The notes: a model not told the origin generated them from the sequence alone. A stretch of DNA of 64,000 nucleotides from Candidatus Parachristensenella avicola (GCA_904420205.1 CAJFUN010000028.1:4568-68567); one strand, 5' to 3'; shown: positions 7,625 through 17,864, numbered from the stretch's first letter. Program-made: numbers and translations.

Positions 7625-8320
7625 CTAAGCCTGGCTTCGAGGCCAGCGCAGCGGGAAGTAGCCGATGACCGCAATAAGCAGCGCGCCCAAGGCATCCACG
7701 ATTAGGTCTTTCATGGTATCCAGCAGGGCTGCCCGGCCTACCAAGGGCGTACCGTCCTCCACGGCAAAGTGCTGCATGTTCATCGAAAGCAGGCCGTCCA
7801 TCAGGTATTCGTAAATCTCCCATACCGCTCCGCAGGCCAGCGCAAAGCAAAAGGCGAAAAAGGCCACAAAGCCCGGGCTTAAATTCATCTTGACGTTGGG
7901 CGCGTCATTCAGCAGGTTCACAAGCACAAATCCCAGCGCGCCCAACATGGCCCCGCTAAAGCCGTGCAAAATGGTGTCCCAATGGGGCACTGCGTAGTAA
8001 AAATTCCGCACCTCACCCAAATACACTGCGCAATAAAGAAAAGCGAAGTAGAGCACATACATATAGTTGGGAATCTCCAGGCGAAAGCGCCGTTCCAGCA
8101 CAGAGGGCAGAAACATCACGATGATGGCCATCAGGCACTGTACCAGCATCAACGTATAGTCGCTTTTGATCTTGGCGTGCGGATCCCCGGCAGGCGCTAC
8201 GGCAGGCGAGCGGATCATGCAGGTCACTGCATAGCCAATGGAAAACAGCAGCGAAAAAAAGAGGATAACGCCGATGATCTTCTTCCATGGCACAGCGGGC
8301 CGCTTTCCGTTTCGTTTCAT
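7625..8320 (-). CDS. polytopic membrane protein, function unknown
   Basis: 231-aa ORF with about 6 hydrophobic segments. I do not recognise the family with confidence. Confidence 0.7.
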   Translation of the reverse strand: MKRNGKRPAVPWKKIIGVILFFSLLFSIGYAVTCMIRSPAVAPAGDPHAKIKSDYTLMLVQCLMAIIVMFLPSVLERRFRLEIPNYMYVLYFAFLYCAVYLGEVRNFYYAVPHWDTILHGFSGAMLGALGFVLVNLLNDAPNVKMNLSPGFVAFFAFCFALACGAVWEIYEYLMDGLLSMNMQHFAVEDGTPLVGRAALLDTMKDLIVDALGALLIAVIGYFPLRWPRSQA

Positions 8321-8453
8321 TTTCTTCTCCCATATTTTTGATTATCTTATCATGCCCGGCCAGGCGGAGCTAGATTTAGCCGCGGCATCCCGCCGGCCAG
8401 GCGCTGAAAGATACATCCTTTGCCCTGAAAATGTAAACTTTTTTTGATGATTC

Positions 8454-8483
8454 TTGACAGCGCAGCCAAAATGTTTGTACACT
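8454..8483 (+). promoter_or_regulatory. sigma-70-type promoter candidate for the MarR-ABC operon
   Basis: TTGACA (8454-8459), 18-nt spacer, TACACT (8478-8483). Confidence 0.45.
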
Positions 8484-8488
8484 AACAA

Positions 8489-8504
8489 TTAGTTTAAAAA
8501 CTAA
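8489..8504 (+). promoter_or_regulatory. inverted repeat, candidate MarR operator
   Basis: ttagttt-aa-aaactaa (7-bp arms) between the -10 box and the RBS of the MarR gene. Confidence 0.45.
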
Positions 8505-8528
8505 TAAATTGGAAAGGATGAGACGCAC

Positions 8529-8987
8529 ATGCCCGCAAACGCCAAACGCTGCTCCCGCAAACCCACTTGTGTGATGCTGATTAACGAAATCTCTAAGCTT
8601 TTCCATGACCGCATGCGCCAGAAAAGCGAACGCTCCAATTTCAAACCGACCTATCAATCCATCCTGCGAGTCGTGGCTCACGAACCCGGCCTTAGCCAGC
8701 TGGAAATTGCCAGCCGCGTACACCTGGCCCCGCCCACCGTCAGCCTGGCCCTTCAAAAGATGGAAGCGGAAGGGCTCATCCGCCGCGAACCCGATGCCCG
8801 CGATCTCCGCCAGGTTCTTGTCTTTCTCACCGATACGGGCCGCGAAATGGACGACGTTATGCGCCATACGGCGGAAAGCACAGATAAGCTCATCACCAAG
8901 GGGCTGACCCGGGAAGAGCTGGATACGATATACCCGATCCTCCTAAAGATGCGCGATAACATCATAGAGGGCGGGCCAATTAAATGA
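8529..8987 (+). CDS. MarR family transcriptional regulator
   Basis: 152 aa with a winged-HTH pattern (LSQLEIASRVHLAPPTVSLALQKMEAEGLIRREPDARDLRQVLVFLT). The stop overlaps the next start (ATGA). Confidence 0.85.
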   Translation: MPANAKRCSRKPTCVMLINEISKLFHDRMRQKSERSNFKPTYQSILRVVAHEPGLSQLEIASRVHLAPPTVSLALQKMEAEGLIRREPDARDLRQVLVFLTDTGREMDDVMRHTAESTDKLITKGLTREELDTIYPILLKMRDNIIEGGPIK

Positions 8988-10714
8988 AACGAATTTTAAG
9001 CTACCTTAAGCCCTATTGGCTTCTCGCGCTCCTGACGCCCGTTACGATGGTGGTAGAAGTGCTGGTGGACCTCATGCAGCCTACGCTGATGAGCCGCATC
9101 GTCGACGCCGGTGTTCTGGCAGGCGATATGCAGGTGATTATCTCGACAGGGCTGACCATGCTCGGTCTGGTGGTCGTGGGCGGGTTGGGCGGCGTTGGCT
9201 CCGCCGCCTTTGGCAGCATGGCCTCCCAGCGTTTCGGCAACGATCTGCGCCAAGCAGTATTCAGCCGCGTGATGGCGCTCTCTTTCCAGCAGACGGATAC
9301 CTTTACCACCGGCAGCCTGGTGACCCGGCTGACCAACGACTGCCAAATGGTGCAGGAGATGGTCAACCAGGTGCTGCGTATGTTCGTTCGCTCCTTTATG
9401 CTCTTTGCCGGCGGCATTATCATGGCCCTGTCGTTGAATGTGAGCTTCGGGCTGGTGCTGCTGGTAGGCCTGCCGCTTCAGCTCATTATTCTTTTTATCT
9501 TCCTGAAGAAGGCCAGCCCTCTGTTTGGCAAGGTTCAGTCCCGCTTGGACCGTGTCAACTCCGTAGTTCAGGAAAACGTTACCGGGGCCCGCGTGGTCAA
9601 GGCCTATGTGCGGGAAGATTACGAGATTGACCGCTTCACACAGGCCAATGAAGCCCTGGTGGCCACCAATCTTAAAGTGCAAAAGCTGATGAGCCTAATG
9701 ATGCCCATCATGATGATAATCATGAACTTTTCCGTAGTCGCCATTATCATCATCGGCGGCTTTCAGGTAGAGGCCCAGGCCATGCAGGTAGGCCAGGTCA
9801 TGGCCGCCGTCACCTATGTATCCCAAATTCTGATGAGCATGATGATGGTGGCCATGATGTTCCAAATGGTATCCCGGGCCATGGCCTCCGCTCAGCGCAT
9901 CGTGGAGGTGCTGGAGACCGATCCGGCCGTGGTATCCGGCGGCCGGGCCCTCCCTGGGGGCGGCCGCGGCAGCGTCACCTTTGAACACGTCAGCTTCCAC
10001 TATCCCGCTTCCTCCCACCGTCCAGTGCTGGTGGACATTGATCTGGCCATTCGCCCCGGGGAAAACTTCGCCATATTGGGATCCACCGGCTCTGGCAAGA
10101 CTTCCTTGGTGAACCTTATCCCCCGTTTCTACGACGCAAGCGAAGGCACAATCCGGATCGACGGCGAAGACGTACGCGACCTAACGCTTTCCAGCCTGCG
10201 CGCCCGCGTCGGAATGGTGCTGCAAAAAAGCGAGCTTTTCTCCGGTACCATCGCCGATAACATCCGCTGGGGCAACAGCGAAGCTACTGACGACGAAGTA
10301 AGGCAAGCCGCGCGTATTGCGCAAGCGCACGATTTTATCATGGGCTTTTCCGAAGGATACGATACCGTCATCGGGGAAAAGGGTTCCTCCCTCTCCGGCG
10401 GGCAGAAGCAGCGGCTGGCCATTGCCCGGGCTATACTTAAGCGCCCGGAAATCCTTATTTTTGACGACTCCACCTCGGCCTTGGATCTTGGCACAGAGGC
10501 GCGGCTGCAGCAGGCGCTGCGCCAAGCGCTCAAAGGCACGACCGTCATCACCATCGCTCAGCGTGTAGCCTCTGTCTCCAACGCTGACCGGATTGCCGTG
10601 CTGGACCATGGCCGCTTGGCCGCCTGCGGTTCTCACGAGGAACTGATGGCCTCCAGCGACATTTACCAGGATATCTACAGCTCCCAGATGCGAAAGGAGG
10701 CCGTCAATGAGTAA
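8984..10714 (+). CDS. ABC exporter, fused permease/ATPase subunit (type I, heterodimer partner 1)
   Basis: 576 aa. Six-TM N-half, Walker A GSTGSGKTS, signature LSGGQKQR, Walker B ILIFDDSTS. Confidence 0.9.
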   Translation: MKRILSYLKPYWLLALLTPVTMVVEVLVDLMQPTLMSRIVDAGVLAGDMQVIISTGLTMLGLVVVGGLGGVGSAAFGSMASQRFGNDLRQAVFSRVMALSFQQTDTFTTGSLVTRLTNDCQMVQEMVNQVLRMFVRSFMLFAGGIIMALSLNVSFGLVLLVGLPLQLIILFIFLKKASPLFGKVQSRLDRVNSVVQENVTGARVVKAYVREDYEIDRFTQANEALVATNLKVQKLMSLMMPIMMIIMNFSVVAIIIIGGFQVEAQAMQVGQVMAAVTYVSQILMSMMMVAMMFQMVSRAMASAQRIVEVLETDPAVVSGGRALPGGGRGSVTFEHVSFHYPASSHRPVLVDIDLAIRPGENFAILGSTGSGKTSLVNLIPRFYDASEGTIRIDGEDVRDLTLSSLRARVGMVLQKSELFSGTIADNIRWGNSEATDDEVRQAARIAQAHDFIMGFSEGYDTVIGEKGSSLSGGQKQRLAIARAILKRPEILIFDDSTSALDLGTEARLQQALRQALKGTTVITIAQRVASVSNADRIAVLDHGRLAACGSHEELMASSDIYQDIYSSQMRKEAVNE

Positions 10715-12554
10715 TGCAAGGCCTGCCCCACCCAGGGGCCCCGGCGGACCAGGCGGCCATGGGGGGCCTCGCGGAATGGCTATGGTCCGCGAAAAGCCGA
10801 AGGACGTTAAGGGTACGGTTAAGCGCTTGGTGCGCTACATCGGCTCCAGCCGCTATCTCTTCTTCAGCCTGCTGGCCATCATGGTTTTCGTCACGTTGCT
10901 CTCTTTGGCAGCGCCGGCGCTGCAGGGCTATGCTATTGACGCAATTACGTTAAAAGAAGGTCAGCTGCACGTGGATTTCCCCCGGATGGCGTCCATCCTC
11001 ACGCTGCTTTCAGCCGTTTATATCGCCTCCTCTTTGCTAACCTATCTACAGGGGCTCTTTTCGGCTAAGCTCTCTCAGCAGACGGTGCGCGTCATGCGCG
11101 GCGATCTTTTTGAAAAGATCGTCCACTTGCCCATCCGTTATCTGGATACCCATCCGCACGGCGACATCATGAGCCGCATGACAAATGACGTGGAGAACAT
11201 CTCCAATACGATCTCCCAATCCATCGGTTCGCTTTTCTCCGGCGTGCTTACGCTGATCGGGTCTGTGGCGATCATGCTGTACTACAGCCCCATGCTCACG
11301 CTGATCAGCTTTGTCACCGTAATACTCAGCGCCTTGGCCACCCTGGTAATGAGCAAATTTATGCGCAAGTATTTCGCCGCCCAGCAGGCGCTGCTGGGGC
11401 AGCTCAACGGCCAAGTCGAGGAAATGGTCACCGGCTACAAAACCGTGGTCGCCTTCAGCCGAGAGGATACGGCTAAACGCGAATTCAATGAAACCAGCAA
11501 TCGCCTGCAGGATACCGCCATTCGCGCCCAGATCTTCGGCGGCGCCATGGGCCCGCTGATGAACGTCATCGGCAACTTTGGATTTTTGCTTATCGCAGGT
11601 TTTGGTGGCTGGTTCGCCTTGACCGGCGCTATCACCATCGGCACCATTCAGGCCTTCATCCTCTATGCCCGCCAGTTCACCCGGCCCATCAATGAAATCG
11701 CCAACCTATATGGACAGATTCAGACGGCGCTGGCTGGAGCGGAGCGCGTATTCTCCATTCTGGATCATGCCAGTGAGCGTCAGGAAGCTGCGGGCACTTT
11801 AGACGTAGCGCAAGTGAAGGGGGATCTGGATTTCCGCCATATTTACTTTGGCTACGTGCCCGGCGAACCGGTGCTGAAAGATTTTAATCTAACCGTCAAA
11901 AGCGGTCAGAAAGTGGCTATCGTCGGGGCAACGGGCTCCGGCAAAACCACCTTGGTCAACTTGCTAACCCGGCTATATGATATCGACAGCGGGGAAATTC
12001 TGCTGGACGGGCAAAACATCCAGGACATTCCCCTAAGCGAACTGCGCCGTAGCATTGCGATCGTACTGCAAGATACGGTGCTCTTCTCCGACACCATATC
12101 TGCCAACATCCGTTACGGCAGGCTGGATGCCCGCCAAGATGAGGTAGAGGCCGCTGCCGCTACCGCTAATGCCGACCACTTTATCGCCCAGTTGCCCCGA
12201 GAGTATCAAACGCAGCTGAGCGAATCCGGTGGCAACCTGTCCCAGGGGCAGCGGCAGCTCCTTTCCATCGCCCGGGCAGTGCTGGCCGACCCGAAAATTC
12301 TCATCCTGGACGAGGCTACTTCCAGCGTGGATACCCGCACCGAGATGCATATCCAGCAGGCCATGGTTGCGCTGATGGCGGGCCGTACCAGTCTCATCAT
12401 CGCCCACCGGCTATCCACCATCCGGGACGCGGATAATATCGTTGTTATTGAAAACGGCCGCGTAGCTGAAATGGGCAACCACGACCAGCTGCTCTCGGCC
12501 AAAGGCTGCTATTGGCGGCTCTATCAGAACCAATTCGCCGGCATCGCCACCTGA
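10707..12554 (+). CDS. ABC exporter, fused permease/ATPase subunit (heterodimer partner 2)
   Basis: 615 aa. Walker A GATGSGKTT, signature LSQGQRQL, Walker B ILILDEATS. Overlaps the upstream gene by 8 nt. Confidence 0.9.
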   Translation: MSNARPAPPRGPGGPGGHGGPRGMAMVREKPKDVKGTVKRLVRYIGSSRYLFFSLLAIMVFVTLLSLAAPALQGYAIDAITLKEGQLHVDFPRMASILTLLSAVYIASSLLTYLQGLFSAKLSQQTVRVMRGDLFEKIVHLPIRYLDTHPHGDIMSRMTNDVENISNTISQSIGSLFSGVLTLIGSVAIMLYYSPMLTLISFVTVILSALATLVMSKFMRKYFAAQQALLGQLNGQVEEMVTGYKTVVAFSREDTAKREFNETSNRLQDTAIRAQIFGGAMGPLMNVIGNFGFLLIAGFGGWFALTGAITIGTIQAFILYARQFTRPINEIANLYGQIQTALAGAERVFSILDHASERQEAAGTLDVAQVKGDLDFRHIYFGYVPGEPVLKDFNLTVKSGQKVAIVGATGSGKTTLVNLLTRLYDIDSGEILLDGQNIQDIPLSELRRSIAIVLQDTVLFSDTISANIRYGRLDARQDEVEAAAATANADHFIAQLPREYQTQLSESGGNLSQGQRQLLSIARAVLADPKILILDEATSSVDTRTEMHIQQAMVALMAGRTSLIIAHRLSTIRDADNIVVIENGRVAEMGNHDQLLSAKGCYWRLYQNQFAGIAT

Positions 12555-12676
12555 CGGGCCATATTCTTTCAAATCTTTACAGATTTGTCGAATCCTTGCA
12601 ATAGATTTGTTACAGCACTGAAAAACATGGCTGCTATACTGGGTGAGAATAATTCTTGGACGAGGAGGGCTTTGCC

Positions 12677-12811
12677 ATGCTGCAACGCCAGATCCGCCGC
12701 TCCTTGGTGCGTCCTGCTCCGCCGGCCAAAAAGATAGCTGAATGGGCAGCCGGTGCTGTAATGCTGCTGCTATTGCTGCTCGCCCCTGCGCTGATCGGAT
12801 TGCTGCACTAA
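12677..12811 (+). CDS. small (44-aa) single-TM protein candidate
   Basis: Not in the ORF track (too short). My translation is MLQRQIRRSLVRPAPPAKKIAEWAAGAVMLLLLLLAPALIGLLH. GAGGAGG RBS about 8 nt upstream. Followed directly by a terminator. Confidence 0.4.
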   Translation: MLQRQIRRSLVRPAPPAKKIAEWAAGAVMLLLLLLAPALIGLLH

Positions 12812-12817
12812 AGGTCC

Positions 12818-12852
12818 GCCCCCTTTCGTAAGCGGAAGGGGGCTTTTTTCTT
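12818..12852 (+). terminator. intrinsic terminator
   Basis: Stem gccccctt (12818-12825) / aagggggc (12836-12843) followed by T6. Confidence 0.75.
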
Positions 12853-12919
12853 ATTAAGCAGGATTTCGACCGCCGACCGCGAATCATAGTGTGAATCATG
12901 TAGTCAGGGAGGATTACCC

Positions 12920-13975
12920 ATGAATACCCATGAACGTTTTGCCCGCATGTACGCCCATCAGGAGGCGGACCGGGTCCCGATGATGGATAGCCCTTGGGAT
13001 ACGACCATTGAGCGCTGGCGGCGGGAAGGCATGCCCACCGACGACTATATTGCCTACTTTGATCTAGACCGCATCGGCCGAATTGACATCGACTATTCGC
13101 CTCGCTATCCGGTGGAGGTGCTGGAGGAGACGCCGGAATACGTTATCCACACCACCGGCTGGGGCGCTACGCTGAAGACCTGGCGGCACATGACCTCCAC
13201 GCCGGAATTTCTTGACTTTAAAATCAAGGATGAAGCCAGCTGGGAGGAAGCCAAGGCCCGGATGAAGCCTGATCCTGCCCGGATCAACTGGGATTACCTG
13301 AAAAAGAACGTACCCGTCTGGCAGCGCGAAGGGCGCTGGATTATCGGGAATTTCTGGTTTGGCTTTGACGTGACCCACTCCTGGGCCGTAGGCACAACCC
13401 GCCTGCTCTATGCCATGGCGGACAACCCTGAATGGGTAGAAGATATGTTCAACACCTATCTGGATATAAATCTTGCCATGATGCAAATGGTGCTGGATGC
13501 CGGGTATCCGGTGGACGAAATCTATTGGCCGGACGATATGGGCTACAAAAATACCCAGTTCTTCTCGCTCAACATGTACCGTAACCTGCTTAAGCCGGTG
13601 CAAAAACGCGCGGTGGACTGGATCCATGAACGCGGCATGAAGGCCCACCTGCACTCCTGCGGCCTGGTGGATAAGTTCGTGCCTGAATTTGTGGAAATCG
13701 GGATTGACGCCCTCAATCCCCTTGAAGTCAAGGCTGGCATGGATCCCGTCGCTTTGAAGGCCGCGTGGGGCGACCGTCTTGTTTTCCACGGCGGGATCAA
13801 CGCCGTGCTGTGGGATCAGCCTGGGCAGATCGAGGCCGAAATGGAGCGGGTCATCCCCATCATGAAGGAAAACGGGGGTTATATCTTCGCCTCTGACCAT
13901 TCCATTCCCGATTCAGTCAGCCTGGAAGATTTCACCCATATCATCGAAACCTACAAACGGGTCGCCCAATATTAA
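12920..13975 (+). CDS. uroporphyrinogen decarboxylase (URO-D/MtaA-like) family protein
   Basis: 351 aa. The N-terminus MNTHERFARMYAHQEADRVPMMD and the overall length are typical of clostridial URO-D-like proteins. Confidence 0.65.
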   Translation: MNTHERFARMYAHQEADRVPMMDSPWDTTIERWRREGMPTDDYIAYFDLDRIGRIDIDYSPRYPVEVLEETPEYVIHTTGWGATLKTWRHMTSTPEFLDFKIKDEASWEEAKARMKPDPARINWDYLKKNVPVWQREGRWIIGNFWFGFDVTHSWAVGTTRLLYAMADNPEWVEDMFNTYLDINLAMMQMVLDAGYPVDEIYWPDDMGYKNTQFFSLNMYRNLLKPVQKRAVDWIHERGMKAHLHSCGLVDKFVPEFVEIGIDALNPLEVKAGMDPVALKAAWGDRLVFHGGINAVLWDQPGQIEAEMERVIPIMKENGGYIFASDHSIPDSVSLEDFTHIIETYKRVAQY

Positions 13976-14012
13976 GGGCGGATAAAGCTGCTTGATCGAC
14001 GCTCACATTGAA

Positions 14013-14050
14013 GGGCCCTGCCGAGGCATCATGATGCCTTGGCAGGGCCC
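14013..14050. terminator. hairpin terminator between convergent genes
   Basis: 18-bp stem with one mismatch: gggccctgccgaggcatc / gatgccttggcagggccc. Confidence 0.6.
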
Positions 14051-14136
14051 TGTTATTCCGAGGCGCGATCCGTTTTACCCAGTATCTCGGGATCAACATT
14101 CGCAGGCTGTCCGCCGGTTTTTTTCCCGCATCCAGG

Positions 14137-14898
14137 CTATATTTCCACCGTCATACCGTCGACGGCCGCAATATAGGGCAGCTTGAGCGAAGCTTCCAGC
14201 TCCGCCTTAGGGGGGTGGAGCGTACGGGCTAGGTGCGTCAGGTATACACGTCCGTCTGCTTTCAGCTGGCCCGTTGCCTGAAAGGTCTGCGTCATCATTC
14301 GTACCATGGGCAGCGAATTATGCTCAAACACCCGATAATCTCCGTCATGGCCGTCGCCAATCGTCGCGTCGATCACCAGCGCGTCAAAAGGCTCCCGCGC
14401 CCGCAGGGCCGCAACCGCAGCATAGGGCATCCATGCTCCATCCGTGGCATAGACCAACGTCCTTCCCCCGCAGCTGATGCGGTAATGCACCGGCCGCTCC
14501 TTCGGGAACCGGGGAATATGATTAGCCGGAAGCGGTAGGACCTCATACCCTGCTGCCTGAAAGGGTTCCAGCGGCTTCAGCGGACAGGCCCGGATATGGT
14601 CGCCGCTCACTTCGCCGGCCCACCCAGCCTCCACATGCACAATAAGCGGGGATTCGCCGCGCGCTTTGCGCCTCGCCGCCAGTTCTTTGAGCGTATCCAG
14701 GCAGAAATGGTCCCGGTGCCCATGGGTCAGGCATACATCCTGCACCAAAGCGTCCGGCGCAAGCAGCTCCAAGGCCGTGGCCGGTGCGTCCAGCATCAAT
14801 ATGCCGTCCAGCAGCGCCGATGAAAAGCGGCGAATCATACCGGATTCATCGGGCTGTTCCCAGTCGGCCGCGCCTGTGCCTAAAAACGTAAGTTTCAT
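14137..14898 (-). CDS. MBL-fold metallo-hydrolase
   Basis: HGHRDH motif. Start set to ATG 14898 (MKLTFLGTG), which has an AAGGAG RBS; the track ORF extends to 14943. Confidence 0.8.
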   Translation of the reverse strand: MKLTFLGTGAADWEQPDESGMIRRFSSALLDGILMLDAPATALELLAPDALVQDVCLTHGHRDHFCLDTLKELAARRKARGESPLIVHVEAGWAGEVSGDHIRACPLKPLEPFQAAGYEVLPLPANHIPRFPKERPVHYRISCGGRTLVYATDGAWMPYAAVAALRAREPFDALVIDATIGDGHDGDYRVFEHNSLPMVRMMTQTFQATGQLKADGRVYLTHLARTLHPPKAELEASLKLPYIAAVDGMTVEI

Positions 14899-14958
14899 GT
14901 CCGGCTCCTTCATAAAATGCCGGGCGCGATATGCGCCCGGCATTTTGCGTATCGGTCA

Positions 14959-16440
14959 TTAGGCAAAGGGGTTCTCGGTTTTATATAGCATGTGCTTAGG
15001 CTGATTAAAGGCCACGTCCTCCACGCCCAGAAGCCGCATGGCCGCAAAGAGCACCTTGCCCGCCTCACCAAAGGCTACCGCACCGTGATGGGGGTACCCT
15101 TTTTCGATGAGCACGTGGCGGTAAAAACGCCCCATTTCCGGAATGGCAAAAATGCCGATGCCACCGAAAGACCGGGTGGCCACGGGAAGAATTTCGCCCT
15201 GAGCCACATAGCTATGCATAGAAGTATCGGCGGCGCTCTGCAGCCGGAAGAAGGTAATCCGGCCGCTCTTGAGGTCGCCCTCCAGCGTTCCCCGGCTGAT
15301 ATCCGGTTCGCCATCGGGCTCCAAAGAGCGCTTCATAATCAGCTGATATCCCATATGGGGGTTCTTCAGGTAGCAGGCGGGCGTATTGCCACAGTGGAAG
15401 CCCATGAAGGTATCCTTCTGCGTGTAGGCATATTTGCCTTGAATCTCGCTTTGGAAGATGTCGGCCGGCACCGTGTTGTTAATGTCCAGCAGCGTGGGGG
15501 CCGCTCCGGTGGCGCAGCAGGCAATATACTCGCTGACCGCACCCCAGATATCCACCTCGCAGGCAATCGGCATGCCTCGGGCAGCAAAGCGGCTGTTGAC
15601 ATAGCAGGGGACAAATCCGAACTGCGTCTGGAAGGCCGGCCAACATTTGTTGGCCATCACCACATACTGGGCGGCACCTTTATGGCCCTCAACCCAGTCC
15701 AGCAGCGTCAGCTCATACTGGGCCAGCCGCGGGAGCACGGCGGCATAGGGATTCTCCCCGCCCAGCTCCGCCTGCATATCGGCCATGACCGATTCAATTC
15801 TCGGATCGCCGGCATGCTTTTGATAGGCCTCAAAGAGATCGAGCTCCGAGTTTTCCTCAATGGACACGCCCAGGTCATAAAGCCCTTTAATCGGCGCATT
15901 GCAGGCAATAAAATCCTGCGGCCGGGGGCCGAAGGAGATGACTTTCAGCCCCTTAAGGCCCAACAGTACCCGGGCAATGGCCTCGAAATCGTGAATCATA
16001 TCGGCTACTTCGGACGCTGTGCCCACCGGATATTCGGGAATATAGGCCTTGACGCCCCGGAGTTTCAAGCTATAGCTGGCGTTAAGCATGCCGCAGTAGG
16101 CGTCGCCCCGGCCGTCCACCAGGTCTTCCCCGCTCTCCTCGGCGGCAGCCGCGAACATCACCGGGCCGCCAAAGCGCTCGGCCAGCAGGGTTTCCGGCCC
16201 CTCCGGCCCAAAATTGCCCAGGTATACCACCAGCGCGTTCACACCAGCGGCTCTGAGCTCTTCCAGCGCCTGCACGGCGTCCGTCTCATTCTCAATGATG
16301 GTGGGGATCTTTTCAATGCCGCCATAGCGGGCATTGTAGGCCGCAGTCAGGCTGTCTCGGCGGCGCTGGGACAGCGTGAGGGGAAAGCAGTCGCGGCTAA
16401 CTGCGACCACGCCAAGTTTGACACAGGGCAGATTATTCAT
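14959..16440 (-). CDS. L-fucose/L-arabinose isomerase family protein
   Basis: The N-terminal KLGVVAVSRDCFP.. and central GNFGPEG..AYCGMLNASYSLKLRG pattern fit the FucI-like family. The start is uncertain (16440 preferred on RBS spacing; track start 16512). Confidence 0.6.
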   Translation of the reverse strand: MNNLPCVKLGVVAVSRDCFPLTLSQRRRDSLTAAYNARYGGIEKIPTIIENETDAVQALEELRAAGVNALVVYLGNFGPEGPETLLAERFGGPVMFAAAAEESGEDLVDGRGDAYCGMLNASYSLKLRGVKAYIPEYPVGTASEVADMIHDFEAIARVLLGLKGLKVISFGPRPQDFIACNAPIKGLYDLGVSIEENSELDLFEAYQKHAGDPRIESVMADMQAELGGENPYAAVLPRLAQYELTLLDWVEGHKGAAQYVVMANKCWPAFQTQFGFVPCYVNSRFAARGMPIACEVDIWGAVSEYIACCATGAAPTLLDINNTVPADIFQSEIQGKYAYTQKDTFMGFHCGNTPACYLKNPHMGYQLIMKRSLEPDGEPDISRGTLEGDLKSGRITFFRLQSAADTSMHSYVAQGEILPVATRSFGGIGIFAIPEMGRFYRHVLIEKGYPHHGAVAFGEAGKVLFAAMRLLGVEDVAFNQPKHMLYKTENPFA

Positions 16441-16545
16441 GTGACTCATCCTTTCCATATCATAATGCTGCAATTTCATTTTCGACATGCTTTGCCGTTT
16501 CCCTGCTAACACCAGCGAATTCTTCCAGCAAAAAAGCGGCGATAC

Positions 16546-17646
16546 CTATAGCGGGAAGCTAATGGGCTGCGGCAGCGTGATCCGCTCAAAGCTGGCTAAG
16601 CAGTAATTATCGGTCATGCCTGCAATATAGTCCGTTACCCGCTGGGGGCCGGAAGTATCCAGGCGGGCGTAGCATGCATCCAAATCGTCTAAATATTGAA
16701 AAAAAGCCCGCTCCACTTCGCTTCTCGTCTGAGCTTCGCCTTGGGTATAGCGGCTGTAACTCTCGCAAAGATACGCGTGCAGCTCCCGGACGATGCGCAT
16801 ACAATAGCGTTCGTACTCCATAAGCCTGGGGTGACGGTAAATGCGGTCGTAGTTAAATTGCTGCAGCCGGGTCAGCAGCTCATATTTTTCCGTAGAATAG
16901 CCCATCTCTCCCTGCAGCGCCGACTGCTCGATGAGATCGATGACCAATGCGTTGATAATCTCGCCGTTGGTGGTGCCCAGCACCCGGGCAATCGGATCGG
17001 GTACATCGCTCCGGGTAATAAAGCCTGCGGCCAATGCATCCTCAATATCCCGTCCAAGGTAGGCGATTTTATCGGCAAAACGCACTGCGCAGCCCTCCCA
17101 TGTCGCGGGGCGGCGCGCTCTATCGCGCTTCTCCTGGGGCGGGCGCAGCGTGTTGTCCGGAGAAAGCCGCTGGTCGATTCGCTCGCCGTTATGGCATACA
17201 ATTGCATCCCGCACTGCCCAGGTGAGATTCAGCCCTTGTCCGTTGCGGGCTAAAAAATCCACCACCCGCAGCGAATGCAGCTCATGCTCGAAACCCGTCT
17301 CTGGCATGCAGGCCGCCAGCGCCCGCTCTCCCGAGTGCCCAAAGGGCGCATGGCCCAGGTCATGGCCCAGGCCCGCGGCATAAGCGAGCTCCGTATCCAG
17401 CTGCCATCCATGGTGATTCAGCCCCCGGCAGATGGTCGCCGCAATGGTCGCCACATGGAGCACATGCTCGATACGCGTGCAGATGTGGTCGTTCTCCGGC
17501 GCGAAAAAAACCTGCGTCTTATGCTTTAGCCTCCGGAAGGGCGTAGAATGGATGATCGCCGTTTGGTCGCGAAAATAGTCGCCCCGTACATCACTGGCCC
17601 GGGGGCGCATGCGTTGTCTTGCCAGCTGGCCCGGTAGTCCGTTCAC
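16546..17646 (-). CDS. dGTP triphosphohydrolase-like HD-domain protein
   Basis: FRRLKHKTQVF.., HVLHVA.., GLGHDLGHAPFGH. Start GTG 17646 has GGAGG 8 nt upstream; the promoter lies inside the longer track ORF. Confidence 0.8.
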   Translation of the reverse strand: MNGLPGQLARQRMRPRASDVRGDYFRDQTAIIHSTPFRRLKHKTQVFFAPENDHICTRIEHVLHVATIAATICRGLNHHGWQLDTELAYAAGLGHDLGHAPFGHSGERALAACMPETGFEHELHSLRVVDFLARNGQGLNLTWAVRDAIVCHNGERIDQRLSPDNTLRPPQEKRDRARRPATWEGCAVRFADKIAYLGRDIEDALAAGFITRSDVPDPIARVLGTTNGEIINALVIDLIEQSALQGEMGYSTEKYELLTRLQQFNYDRIYRHPRLMEYERYCMRIVRELHAYLCESYSRYTQGEAQTRSEVERAFFQYLDDLDACYARLDTSGPQRVTDYIAGMTDNYCLASFERITLPQPISFPL

Positions 17647-17670
17647 CCCGCTCGCCTCCTTCCTTTTTCT

Positions 17671-17700
17671 ATTATAATCGCTTTCGGTTTTGCCTGTAAA
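17671..17700 (-). promoter_or_regulatory. sigma-70-type promoter candidate for the HD-domain gene
   Basis: On the minus strand: TTTACA (17695-17700), 18-nt spacer, TATAAT (17671-17676). Confidence 0.5.
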
Positions 17701-17815
17701 TAGCGAGAACGCGCCGACGGCACGGCAACAGGGGGCGCTCGGGCAGGGAGTGGAAAAGGAGGAAGCAAATCGCATGGAATCCGGTCATTTTATTCGCCCT
17801 CCCATCTTCCGTTTA

Positions 17816-17824
17816 TGGTATAAT
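17816..17824 (+). promoter_or_regulatory. extended -10 promoter element (TGgTATAAT)
   Basis: TG at 17816-17817 and TATAAT at 17819-17824. It overlaps the track ATG at 17823, which argues for the downstream GTG start. Confidence 0.45.
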
Positions 17825-17864
17825 GGGGGCGATTTCGTCCGCAGGACATAGGGAGGGAACCACC

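Noticed and set aside
14992-16509. 505-aa + strand ORF antisense to the FucI-like gene. Similar cases are 45661-46875 (+, 404 aa) antisense to the aldo/keto reductase, 20676-21482 (+), 13064-13900 (-) and 17940-18752 (-).
   Set aside because: These are high-GC antisense shadow ORFs with low-complexity H/R/G/A-rich translations and no motifs. In each case the opposite strand carries a recognisable family.
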